The notes under the pieces: model-generated
The model's database searches: none
What the model was told of the DNA's origin: nothing
The model's input: only the letters and a program-made list of their open reading frames with translations
Translations under genes and position numbers: made by a program
Part shown: piece after piece, positions 10,601 to 24,419 of the stretch
How positions within the stretch are numbered: the first letter of the stretch is position 1
Layout of the letters: each line of letters starts with the position of its first letter
DNA from: Eledone cirrhosa
Taxonomy: Eukaryota
Assembly: GCA_964016885.1 (NCBI GenBank)
Contig: OZ024742.1
Span: 341,744,001 to 341,808,000 of the forward strand
Direction of reading: 5' to 3'
Length of the DNA stretch: 64,000 bases

Positions 10601-13600
10601 ATATTTAGTAAAACCCTGTTTCACTCTACACGGTACATTAGTGCTCTATCGAGAGTGTTAGCTTTATAACAATATTTATTAAAACCCTGTTTCACTCTAC
10701 ACGGTACATCAGTGCTCTATCGAGAGTGTTAGCTTTATAACAATATTTATTAAAACCCTGTTTCATTCTACACGGTACATCAGTGTTCTATCGAGAGTGT
10801 TAGCTTCATTACAGTATTTAGTAAAACCCTGTTTCACTCTACACGGTACATCAGTGTTCTATCGAGAGTGTAGCTTCATTACAATATTTATTAAAACCCT
10901 GTTTCACTCTACACGGTACATCAGTGTTCTATCGAGAGTGTTAGCTTCATTACAATATTTATTAAAACCCTGTTTCACTCTACACGGTACATCAGTGTTC
11001 TATCGAGAGTGTTAGCTTCATTACAATATTTATTAAAACCCTGTTTCACTCTACACGGTACACCAGTCTTCTATGGAGAGTGTTAACTTCATTACAATAT
11101 TTATTAAAACCCTGTTTCATTCTACACGGTACATCAGTGTTCTATCGAGAGTGTTAGCTTCATTACAATATTTAGTAAAACCCTGTTTCACTATACACGG
11201 TACACCAGTCTTCTATGGAGAGCGTTAACTTCATTACAATATTTATTAAAATCCTGTTTCACTCTACACGGTACACCAGTGTTCTAGCGAGAGTGTTAGC
11301 TTCATAACCATATTTATTAAAACCCTGTTTCATTCTACACGGTACACAAGTGTTCTATCGAGAGTGTAGCTTCATTACAATATTTATTAAAAACCTGTTT
11401 CACTCTACACGGTACATCAGTGCCCTATCGAGAGTGTTAACTTCATTACAATTTTTAGTAAAACCCTGTTTCACTCTACACGGTACATCAGTGCTCTATC
11501 GAGAACGTTAGCTTCTTTACAATATTTATTAAAACCCTGTTTCACTCTACACGGTACATCAGTGTTCTATCGAGAGTGTTAGCTTCATTACAATATTTAG
11601 TAAAACCCTGTTTCACTCTACACGGTACATCAGTGTTCTCTAGAGAGTGTAGCTTCATTACAATATTCATTAAAACCCTGTTTCACTCTACACGGTACAT
11701 CAGTGCTCTATCGAGAGTTTTAGCTTCATTACAATATTTAGTAAAACCCTGTTTCACTCTACACGGTACACCAGTCTTATATGGAGAGTGTTAACTTCAT
11801 TACAATATATATTAAAACCCTGTTTCACTCTACACGGTACATCAGTGTTCTATCGAGAGTGTTAGCTTCATTACAATATTTAGTAAAACCCTGTTTCACT
11901 CTACACGGTACACCAGTCTTCTATGGAGAGTGTTAACTTCATTACAATATTTAGTAAAACCCTGTTTCACTCTACACGGTACACCAGTCTTCTATGGAGA
12001 GTGTTAACTTCATTACAATATTTATTAAAACCCTGTTTCACTCTACACGGTACATCAGTGTTCTATCGAGAGTGTTAGCTTCATTACAATATTTAGTAAA
12101 ACCCTGTTTCACTCTACACCGTACATCAGTGTTCTATCGAGAGTGTTAGCTTCATTATAATATTTAGTAAAACCCTGTTTCACGCTACACGGTACATCAG
12201 TGCTCTATCGAGAGTGTTAGCTTCATTACAATATTTATTAAAACCCTGTTTCACTCTACACGGTACATCAGTGTGCTATCGGGAGTGTTAGCTTCATTAC
12301 AATATTTAGTAAAAACCTGTTTCACTCTACACGGTACATCAGTGTTCTATCGAGAGTGTTAGCTTCATTACAATATTTAGTAAAACCCTGTTTCACTCTA
12401 CAAGGTACATCAGTACTCGATCGAGAGTGTTAGCTTCATTACAATATTTATTAAAACCCTGTTTCACTCTACACGGTACATCAGTGCTCTATCGAGAGTG
12501 TTAGCTTCATTACAATATTTAGTAAAACCCTGTTTCACTCTACACGGTACATCAGTGTTCTATCGAGAGTGTTAGCTTCATTACAATATTTAGTAAAACC
12601 CTGTTTCACCCTACACGGTACATCAGTACTCTACCGAGAGTTTTAGCTTCATTACAATAATTATTAAAACCCTGTTTCACTCTACAAGGTACATCAGTGT
12701 TCTATCGGGAGTGTTAGCTTCATTACAATATTTATTAAAACCCTGTTTCACTCTACACGGTACACCAGTGTTCTATCGAGAGTGTTACCTTCAATACAAT
12801 ATTTTTTAAAACCCTGTTTCACTCTACACGATACATCAGTGTTCTATCGAGAGTGTAGCTTCATTACAATATTTATTAAAACCCTGTTTCACTCTACACG
12901 GTACATTAGTGCTCTATCGAGAGTGTTAGCTTTATAACAATATTTATTAAAACCCTGTTTCACTCTACACGGTACATCAGTGCTCTATCGAGAGTGTTAG
13001 CTTTATAACAATATTTATTAAAACCCTGTTTCATTCTACACGGTACATCAATGTTCTATCGAGAGTGTTAGCTTCATTACAGTATTTAGTAAAACCCTGT
13101 TTCACTCTACACGGTACATCAGTGTTCTATCAAGAGTGTAGCTTCATTACAATATTTATTAAAACCCTGTTTCACTCTACACGGTACATCAGTGTTCTAT
13201 CGAGAGTGTTAGCTTCATTACAATATTTATTAAAACCCTGTTTCACTCTACACGGTACATCAGTGTTCTATCGAGAGTGTTAGCTTCATTACAATATTTA
13301 TTAAAACCCTGTTTCACTCTACACGGTACACCAGTCTTCTATGGAGAGTGTTAACTTCATTACAATATTTTTTAAAACCCTGTTTCACTCTACACGGTAC
13401 ATCAGTGTTCTATCGAGAGTGTTAGCTTCATTACAATATTTAGTAAAACCCTGTTTCACTATACACGGTACACCAGTCTTCTATGGAGAGTGTTAACTTC
13501 ATTACAATATTTATTAAAATCCTGTTTCACTCTACACGGTACACCAGTGTTCTAGCGAGAGTGTTAGCTTCATTACCATATTTATTAAAACCCTGTTTCA

Positions 13601-16600
13601 TTCTACACGGTACACAAGTGTTCTATCGAGAGTGTAGCTTCATTACAATATTTATTAAAACCCTGTTTCACTCTACACGGTACATCAGTGCCCTATCGAG
13701 AGTGTTAACTTCATTACAATTTCTAGTAAAACCCTGTTTCACTCTACACGGTACATCAGTGCTCTATCGAGAACGTTAGCTTCTTTACAATATTTATTAA
13801 AACCCTGTTTCACTCTACACGGTACATCAATGTTCTATGGAGAGTGTTAGCTTCATTACAATATTTAGTAAAACCCTGTTTCACTCTACACGGTACATCA
13901 GTGTTCTATCGAGAGAGTTAGCTTCATTACAATATTTAGTAAAACCCTGTTTCACTCTACACGTTACACCAGTCTTATATGGAGAGTGTTAACTTCATTA
14001 CAATATTTATTAAAACCCTGTTTCACTCTACACGGTATATCAGTGTTCTATCGAGAGTGTTAGCTTCATTACAATATTTAGTAAAACCCTGTTTCACTCT
14101 ACACGGTACACCAGTCTTCTATGGAGAGTGTTAACTTCATTACAATATTTATTAAAACCCTGTTTCACTCTACACGGTACATCAGTGTTCTATCGAGAGT
14201 GTTAGCTTCATTACAATATTTAGTAAAACCCTGTTTCACTCTACACGGTACATCAGTGTTCTATCGAGAGTGTTAGCTTCATTACAATATTTAGTAAAAC
14301 CCTGTTTCCCTCTACACGGTACATCAGTGCTCTATCGAGAGTGTTAGCTTCATTACAATATTTAGTAAAACCCTGTTTCACTCTACACGGTACATCAGTG
14401 CTCTATCGAGAGTGTTAGCTTCATTACAATATTTATTATAACACTGTTTCACTCTACACGGTACATCAGTGCTCTATCGAGAGTGGTAGCTTTATAACAA
14501 TATTTATTAAAAACCTGTTTCACTCTACACGGTAGATCAGTGTTCTATCGAGAGTGTTAGCTTCATTACAATATTTAGTAAAACCATGTTTCACTCTACA
14601 CGGTACACCAGTGTTCTATCGAGAGTGTTAGCTTCATTACAATATTTAGTAAAACCATGTTTCACTCTACACGGTACACCAGTCTTCTATGGGGAGTGTT
14701 AACTTCATTACAATATTTATTAAAACCCTGTTTCACTCTACACGGTACATCAGTGTTCTATCGAGAGTGTTAGCTTCATTACAATATTTAGTAAAACCCT
14801 GTTTCACTATACATGGTACACCAGTCTTCTATGGAGAGTGTTAACTTCATTACAATATTTATTAAAACCCTGTTTCACTCTACACGGTACACCAGTGTTC
14901 TATCGAGAGTGTTAGCTTCATTACAATATTTATTAAAACCCTGTTTCACTCTACACGGTACACCAGTGCCCTATCGGGAGTGTTAGCTTCATTACAATAT
15001 TTAGTAAAACCCTGTTTCACTCTACACGGTACATCAGTGTTCTATCGAGAGTGTTATCTTCATTACAATATTTAGTAAAACCCTGTTTCACTCTACACGG
15101 TACATCAGTGTTCTATCGAGAGTGTTAGCTTCATTACAATATTTAGTAAAATCCTGTTTCACTCTACACGGTACATCAGTGTTCTATCGAGAGTGTTAGC
15201 TTCATTACAATATTTAGTAAAACCCTGTTTCACTCTACACGGTACATTAGTGCTCTATCGAGAGTGTTAGCTTTATAACAATATTTATTAAAACCCTGTT
15301 TCACTCTACACGGTACACCAGTGCTCTATCGAGAGTGTTAGCTTTATAACAATATTTATTAAAACCCTGTTTCATTCTACACGGTACATCAGTGTTCTAT
15401 CGAGAGTGTTAGCTTCATTACAGTATTTAGTAAAACCCTGTTTCACTCTACACGGTACATCAGTGTTCTATCGAGAGTGTAGCTTCATTACAATATTTAT
15501 TAAAACCCTGTTTCACTCTACACGGTACATCAGTGTTCTATCGAGAGTGTTAGCTTCATTACAATATTTATTAAAACCCTGTTTCACTCTACACGGTACA
15601 TCAGTGTTCTATCGAGAGTGTTAGCTTCATTACAATATTTATTAAAACCCTGTTTCACTCTACACGGTACACCAGTCTTCTATGGAGAGTGTTAACTTCA
15701 TTACAATATTTATTAAAACCCTGTTTCACTCTACACGGTACATCAGTGTTCTATCGAGAGTGTTAGCTTCATTACAATATTTAGTAAAACCCTGTTTCAC
15801 TATACACGGTACACCAGTCTTCTATGGAGAGCGTTAACTTCATTACAATATTTATTAAAATCCTGTTTCACTCTACACGGTACACCAGTGTTCTAGCGAG
15901 AGTGTTAGCTTCATAACCATATTTATTAAAACCCTGTTTCATTCTACACGGTACACAAGTGTTCTATCGAGAGTGTAGCTTCATTACAATATTTATTAAA
16001 ACCCTGTTTCACTCTACACGGTACATCAGTGCCCTATCGAGAGTGTTAACTTCATTACAATTTTTAGTAAAACCCTGTTTCACTCTACACGGTACATCAG
16101 TGCTCTATCGAGAACGTTAGCTTCTTTACAATATTTATTAAAACCCTGTTTCACTCTACACGGTACATCAGTGTTCTATCGAGAGTGTTAGCTTCATTAC
16201 AATATTTAGTAAAACCATGTTTCACTCTACACGGTACACCAGTGTTCTATCGAGAGTGTTAGCTTCATTACAATATTTAGTAAAACCCTGTTTCACTCTA
16301 CACGGTACACCAGTCTTCTATGGGGAGTGTTAACTTCATTACAATATTTATTAAAACCCTCTTTCACTCTACACGGTACATCAGTGTTCTATCGAGAGTG
16401 TTAGCTTCATTACAATATTTAGTAAAACCCTGTTTCACTATACATGGTACACCAGTCTTCTATGGTGAGTGTTAACTTCATTACAATATTTATTAAAACC
16501 CTGTTTCACTCTACACGGTACACCAGTGTTCTATCGAGAGTGTTAGCTTCATTACAATATTTATTAAAACCCTGTTTCACTCTACACGGTACACCAGTGC

Positions 16601-19600
16601 CCTATCGGGAGTGTTAGCTTCATTACAATATTTAGTAAAACCCTGTTTCACTCTACACGGTACATCAGTGTTCTATCGAGAGTGTTATCTTCATTACAAT
16701 ATTTAGTAAAACCCTGTTTCACTCTACACGGTACATCAGTGTTCTATCGAGAGTGTTAGCTTCATTACAATATTTAGTAAAATCCTGTTTCACTCTACAC
16801 GGTACATCAGTGTTCTATCGAGAGTGTTAGCTTCATTACAATATTTAGTAAAACCCTGTTTCACTCTACACGGTACATTAGTGCTCTATCGAGAGTGTTA
16901 GCTTTATAACAATATTTATTAAAACCCTGTTTCACTCTACACGGTACATCAGTGCTCTATCGAGAGTGTTAGCTTTATAACAATATTTATTAAAACCCTG
17001 TTTCATTCTACACGGTACATCAGTGTTCTATCGAGAGTGTTAGCTTCATTACAGTATTTAGTAAAACCCTGTTTCACTCTACACGGTACATCAGTGTTCT
17101 ATCGAGAGTGTAGCTTCATTACAATATTTATTAAAACCCTGTTTCACTCTACACGGTACATCAGTGTTCTATCGAGAGTGTTAGCTTCATTACAATATTT
17201 ATTAAAACCCTGTTTCACTCTACACGGTACATCAGTGTTCTATCGAGAGTGTTAGCTTCATTACAATATTTATTAAAACCCTGTTTCACTCTACACGGTA
17301 CACCAGTCTTCTATGGAGAGTGTTAACTTCATTACAATATTTATTAAAACCCTGTTTCATTCTACACGGTACATCAGTGTTCTATCGAGAGTGTTAGCTT
17401 CATTACAATATTTAGTAAAACCCTGTTTCACTATACACGGTACACCAGTCTTCTATGGAGAGCGTTAACTTCATTACAATATTTATTAAAATCCTGTTTC
17501 ACTCTACACGGTACACCAGTGTTCTAGCGAGAGTGTTAGCTTCATAACCATATTTATTAAAACCCTGTTTCATTCTACACGGTACACAAGTGTTCTATCG
17601 AGAGTGTAGCTTCATTACAATATTTATTAAAAACCTGTTTCACTCTACACGGTACATCAGTGCCCTATCGAGAGTGTTAACTTCATTACAATTTTTAGTA
17701 AAACCCTGTTTCACTCTACACGGTACATCAGTGCTCTATCGAGAACGTTAGCTTCTTTACAATATTTATTAAAACCCTGTTTCACTCTACACGGTACATC
17801 AGTGTTCTATCGAGAGTGTTAGCTTCATTACAATATTTAGTAAAACCCTGTTTCACTCTACACGGTACATCAGTGTTCTCTAGAGAGTGTAGCTTCATTA
17901 CAATATTCATTAAAACCCTGTTTCACTCTACACGGTACATCAGTGCTCTATCGAGAGTTTTAGCTTCATTACAATATTTAGTAAAACCCTGTTTCACTCT
18001 ACACGGTACACCAGTCTTATATGGAGAGTGTTAACTTCATTACAATATATATTAAAACCCTGTTTCACTCTACACGGTACATCAGTGTTCTATCGAGAGT
18101 GTTAGCTTCATTACAATATTTAGTAAAACCCTGTTTCACTCTACACGGTACACCAGTCTTCTATGGAGAGTGTTAACTTCATTACAATATTTAGTAAAAC
18201 CCTGTTTCACTCTACACGGTACACCAGTCTTCTATGGAGAGTGTTAACTTCATTACAATATTTATTAAAACCCTGTTTCACTCTACACGGTACATCAGTG
18301 TTCTATCGAGAGTGTTAGCTTCATTACAATATTTAGTAAAACCCTGTTTCACTCTACACCGTACATCAGTGTTCTATCGAGAGTGTTAGCTTCATTATAA
18401 TATTTAGTAAAACCCTGTTTCACGCTACACGGTACATCAGTGCTCTATCGAGAGTGTTAGCTTCATTACAATATTTATTAAAACCCTGTTTCACTCTACA
18501 CGGTACATCAGTGTGCTATCGGGAGTGTTAGCTTCATTACAATATTTAGTAAAAACCTGTTTCACTCTACACGGTACATCAGTGTTCTATCGAGAGTGTT
18601 AGCTTCATTACAATATTTAGTAAAACCCTGTTTCACTCTACAAGGTACATCAGTACTCGATCGAGAGTGTTAGCTTCATTACAATATTTATTAAAACCCT
18701 GTTTCACTCTACACGGTACATCAGTGCTCTATCGAGAGTGTTAGCTTCATTACAATATTTAGTAAAACCCTGTTTCACTCTACACGGTACATCAGTGTTC
18801 TATCGAGAGTGTTAGCTTCATTACAATATTTAGTAAAACCCTGTTTCACCCTACACGGTACATCAGTACTCTACCGAGAGTTTTAGCTTCATTACAATAA
18901 TTATTAAAACCCTGTTTCACTCTACAAGGTACATCAGTGTTCTATCGGGAGTGTTAGCTTCATTACAATATTTATTAAAACCCTGTTTCACTCTACACGG
19001 TACACCAGTGTTCTATCGAGAGTGTTACCTTCAATACAATATTTTTTAAAACCCTGTTTCACTCTACACGATACATCAGTGTTCTATCGAGAGTGTAGCT
19101 TCATTACAATATTTATTAAAACCCTGTTTCACTCTACACGGTACATTAGTGCTCTATCGAGAGTGTTAGCTTTATAACAATATTTATTAAAACCCTGTTT
19201 CACTCTACACGGTACATCAGTGCTCTATCGAGAGTGTTAGCTTTATAACAATATTTATTAAAACCCTGTTTCATTCTACACGGTACATCAATGTTCTATC
19301 GAGAGTGTTAGCTTCATTACAGTATTTAGTAAAACCCTGTTTCACTCTACACGGTACATCAGTGTTCTATCAAGAGTGTAGCTTCATTACAATATTTATT
19401 AAAACCCTGTTTCACTCTACACGGTACATCAGTGTTCTATCGAGAGTGTTAGCTTCATTACAATATTTATTAAAACCCTGTTTCACTCTACACGGTACAT
19501 CAGTGTTCTATCGAGAGTGTTAGCTTCATTACAATATTTATTAAAACCCTGTTTCACTCTACACGGTACACCAGTCTTCTATGGAGAGTGTTAACTTCAT

Positions 19601-20155
19601 TACAATATTTTTTAAAACCCTGTTTCACTCTACACGGTACATCAGTGTTCTATCGAGAGTGTTAGCTTCATTACAATATTTAGTAAAACCCTGTTTCACT
19701 ATACACGGTACACCAGTCTTCTATGGAGAGTGTTAACTTCATTACAATATTTATTAAAATCCTGTTTCACTCTACACGGTACACCAGTGTTCTAGCGAGA
19801 GTGTTAGCTTCATTACCATATTTATTAAAACCCTGTTTCATTCTACACGGTACACAAGTGTTCTATCGAGAGTGTAGCTTCATTACAATATTTATTAAAA
19901 CCCTGTTTCACTCTACACGGTACATCAGTGCCCTATCGAGAGTGTTAACTTCATTACAATTTCTAGTAAAACCCTGTTTCACTCTACACGGTACATCAGT
20001 GCTCTATCGAGAACGTTAGCTTCTTTACAATATTTATTAAAACCCTGTTTCACTCTACACGGTACATCAATGTTCTATGGAGAGTGTTAGCTTCATTACA
20101 ATATTTAGTAAAACCCTGTTTCACTCTACACGGTACATCAGTGTTCTATCGAGAG
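7601..20155. repeat. Tandem duplication of a 6,240-bp (88-monomer) block, 2 copies
   Basis: Printed lines are identical at offset 6240 wherever compared (7621/13861, 8161/14401, 10201/16441, 12361/18601, 13801/20041). ORF pairs 9166/15406, 10797/17037, 11576/17816, 13065/19305 and 13483/19723 share the same offset. Confidence 0.96.
8300..11600. repeat. Imperfect 23-monomer (1,631-bp) tandem duplication nested inside the 6,240-bp unit (repeated again at ~14540-17840)
   Basis: AAAACCATGT at 8340 and 9971; GAGAACGTTAG at ~9870 and 11501; ORFs at 9166 and 10797. At least 6 substitutions separate the copies. Confidence 0.9.
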
Positions 20156-21932
20156 TGTAGCTTCATTACAATATTCATTAAAACCCTGTTTCACTCTACA
20201 CGGTACATCAGTGCTCTATCGAGAGTTTTAGCTTCATTACAATATTTAGTAAAACCCTGTTTCACTCTACACGGTACACCAGTCTTCTATGGAGAGTGTT
20301 AGCTTCATTACAATATTTAGTAAAACCCTGTTTCACTCTACACGGTACATCAGTGTTCTATCGAGAGTGTTAGCTTCATTACAATATTTAGTAAAACCCT
20401 GTTTCACTCTACACGGTACATCAGTGTTCTATCGAGAGTGTTAGCTTCATTACAATATTTAGTAAAACCCTGTTTCACTCTACACGGTACACCAGTCTTA
20501 TATGGAGAGTGTTAACTTCATTACAATATTTATTAAAACCCTGTTTCACTCTACACGGTACATCAGTGTTCTATCGAGAGTTTTAGCTTCATTACAATAT
20601 TTAGTAAAACCCTGTTTCACTCTACACGGTACACCAGTCTTCTATGGAGAGTGTTAACTTCATTACAATATTTAGTAAAACCCTGTTTCACTCTACACGG
20701 TACACCTGTCTTCTATGGAGAGTGTTAACTTCATTACAATATTTATTAAAACCCTGTTTCATTCTACACGGTACATCAGTGTTCTATCGAGAGTGTTAGC
20801 TTCATTACAATATTTAGTAAAACCCTGTTTCACTCTACACGGTACATCAGTGTTCTATCGAGAGTGTTAGCTTCATTATAATATTTAGTAAAACCCTGTT
20901 TCACGCTACACGGTACATCAGTGCTCTATCGAGAGTGTTAGCTTCATTACAATATTTATTAAAACCCTGTTTCACTCTACACGGTACATCAGTGTTCTAT
21001 CGGGAGTGTTAGCTTCATTACAATATTTAGTAAAAACCTGTTTCACTCTACACGGTACATCAGTTTTCTATCGAGAGTGTTAGCTTCATTACAATATTTA
21101 GTAAAAACCTGTTTCACTCTACACGGTACATCAGTGCTCAATCGAGAGTTTACATTCATTACAATATTTATTATAACACTGTTTCACTCTACACGGTACA
21201 TCAGTGCTCTATCGAGAGTGGTAGCTTTATAACAATATTTATTAAAAACCTGTTTCACTCTACACGGTACATCAGTGCTCTATCGAGAGTGTTAGCTTCA
21301 TTACAATATTTAGTAAAACCCTGTTTCACTCTACACGGTACACCAGTGTTCTAGCGAGAGTGTTAGCTTCATAACCATATTTATTAAAACCCTGTTTCAT
21401 TCTTCACGGTACACAAGTGTTCTATCGAGAGTGTAGCTTCATTACAATATTTATTAAAACCCTGTTTCACTCTAAACGGTACATCAGTGCCCTATCGAGA
21501 GTGTTAACTTCATTACAATTTTTAGTAAAACCCTGTTTCACTCTACACGGTACATCAGTGCTCTATCGAGAACGTTAGCTTCTTTACAATATTTATTAAA
21601 ACCCTGTTTCACTCTACACGGTACATCAGTGTTCTATCGAGAGTGTTAGCTTCATTACAATATTTAGTAAAACCCTGTTTCACTCTACACGGTACATCAG
21701 TGTTCTCTAGAGAGTGTAGCTTCATTACAATATTCATTAAAACCCTGTTTCACTCTACACGGTACATCAGTGCTCTATCGAGAGTTTTAGCTTCATTACA
21801 ATATTTAGTAAAACCCTGTTTCACTCTACACGGTAGATCAGTGTTCTATCGAGAGTGTTAGCTTCATTACAATATTTAGTAAAACCCTGTTTCACTCTAC
21901 ACGGTACACCAGTCTTCTATGGGGAGTGTTAA

Positions 21933-24338
21933 CTTCATTACAATATTTATTAAAACCCTGTTTCACTCTACACGGTACATCAGTGTTCTATCGAGAGTTT
22001 TAGCTTCATTACAATATTTAGTAAAACCCTGTTTCACTATACATGGTACACCAGTCTTCTATGGAGAGTGTTAACTTCATTACAATATTTATTAAAACCC
22101 TGTTTCACTCTACACGGTACACCAGTGTTCTATCGAGAGTGTTAGCTTCATTACAATATTTATTAAAACCCTGTTTCATTCTACACGGTACACCAGTGCC
22201 CTATCGGGAGTGTTACCTTCATTACAATATTTAGTAAAACCCTGTTTCACTCTACACGGTACATCAGTGTTCTATCGAGAGTGTTATCTTCATTACAATA
22301 TTTAGTAAAACCCTGTTTCACTCTACACGGTACATCAGTGTTCTATCGAGAGTGTTAGCTTCATTACAATATTTAGTAAAATCCTGTTTCACTCTACACG
22401 GTACATCAGTGTTCTATCGAGAGTGTTAGCTTCATTACAATATTTAGTAAAACCCTGTTTCACTCTACACGGTACATTAGTGCTCTATCGAGAGTGTTAG
22501 ATTTATAACAATATTTATTAAAACCCTGTTTCACTCTACACGGTACATCAGTGCTCTATCGAGAGTGTTAGCTTGATTACAATATTTATTAAAACCCTGT
22601 TTCATTCTACACGGTACATCAGTGTTCTATCGAGAGTGTTAGCTTCATTACAGTATTTAGTAAAACCCTGTTTCACTCTACACGGTACATCAGTGTTCTA
22701 TCGAGAGTGTAGCTTCATTACAATATTTATTAAAACCCTGTTTCACTCTACACGGTACATCAGTGTTCTATCGAGAGTTTTAGCTTCATTACAATATTTA
22801 GTAAAACCCTGTTTCACTATACATGGTACACCAGTCTTCTATGGAGAGTGTTAACTTCATTACAATATTTATTAAAACCCTGTTTCACTCTACACGGTAC
22901 ACCAGTGTTCTATCGAGAGTGTTAGCTTCATTACAATATTTATTAAAACCCTGTTTCACTCTACACGGTACACCAGTGCCCTATCGGGAGTGTTAGCTTC
23001 ATTACAATATTTAGTAAAACCCTGTTTCACTCTACACGGTACATCAGTGTTCTATCGAGAGTGTTATCTTCATTACAATATTTAGTAAAACCCTGTTTCA
23101 CTCTACACGGTACATCAGTGTTCTATCGAGAGTGTTAGCTTCATTACAATATTTAGTAAAATCCTGTTTCACTCTACACGGTACATCAGTGTTCTATCGA
23201 GAGTGTTAGCTTCATTACAATATTTAGTAAAACCCTGTTTCACTCTACACGGTACATTAGTGCTCTATCGAGAGTGTTAGCTTTATAACAATATTTATTA
23301 AAACCCTGTTTCACTCTACACGGTACATCAGTGCTCTATCGAGAGTGTTAGCTTGATTACAATATTTATTAAAACCCTGTTTCATTCTACACGGTACATC
23401 AGTGTTCTATCGAGAGTGTTAGCTTCATTACAGTATTTAGTAAAACCCTGTTTCACTCTACACGGTACATCAGTGTTCTATCGAGAGTGTAGCTTCATTA
23501 CAATATTTATTAAAACCCTGTTTCACTCTACACGGTACATCAGTGTTCTATCGAGAGTTTTAGCTTCATTACAATATTTAGTAAAACCCTGTTTCACTAT
23601 ACATGGTACACCAGTCTTCTATGGAGAGTGTTAACTTCATTACAATATTTATTAAAACCCTGTTTCACTCTACACGGTACACCAGTGTTCTATCGAGAGT
23701 GTTAGCTTCATTACAATATTTATTAAAACCCTGTTTCACTCTACACGGTACACCAGTGCCCTATCGGGAGTGTTAGCTTCATTACAATATTTAGTAAAAC
23801 CCTGTTTCACTCTACACGGTACATCAGTGTTCTATCGAGAGTGTTATCTTCATTACAATATTTAGTAAAACCCTGTTTCACTCTACACGGTACATCAGTG
23901 TTCTATCGAGAGTGTTAGCTTCATTACAATATTTAGTAAAATCCTGTTTCACTCTACAGGGTACATCAGTGTTCTATCGAGAGTGTTAGCTTCATTACAA
24001 TATTTAGTAAAACCCTGTTTCACTCTACACGGTACATTAGTGCTCTATCGAGAGTGTTAGCTTTATAACAATATTTATTAAAACCCTGTTTCACTCTACA
24101 CGGTACATCAGTGCTCTATCGAGAGTGTTAGCTTGATTACAATATTTATTAAAACCCTGTTTCATTCTACACGGTACATCAGTGTTCTATCGAGAGTGTT
24201 AGCTTCATTACAGTATTTAGTAAAACCCTGTTTCACTCTACACGGTACATCAGTGTTCTATCGAGAGTGTAGCTTCATTACAATATTTATTAAAACCCTG
24301 TTTCACTCTACACGGTACATCAGTGTTCTATCGAGAGT
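21933..24338. repeat. 11-monomer HOR (780 bp), 3 tandem copies
   Basis: Lines 22021, 22801 and 23581 are identical. GCTTGATTAC at 22571, 23351 and 24131; ORFs at 22573, 23353 and 24133. 780 = 11x71-1. Confidence 0.95.
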
Positions 24339-24419
24339 GTTAGCTTCATTACAATATTTATTAAAACCCTGTTTCACTCTACACGGTACATCAGTGTTCT
24401 ATCGAGAGTGTTAGCTTCA

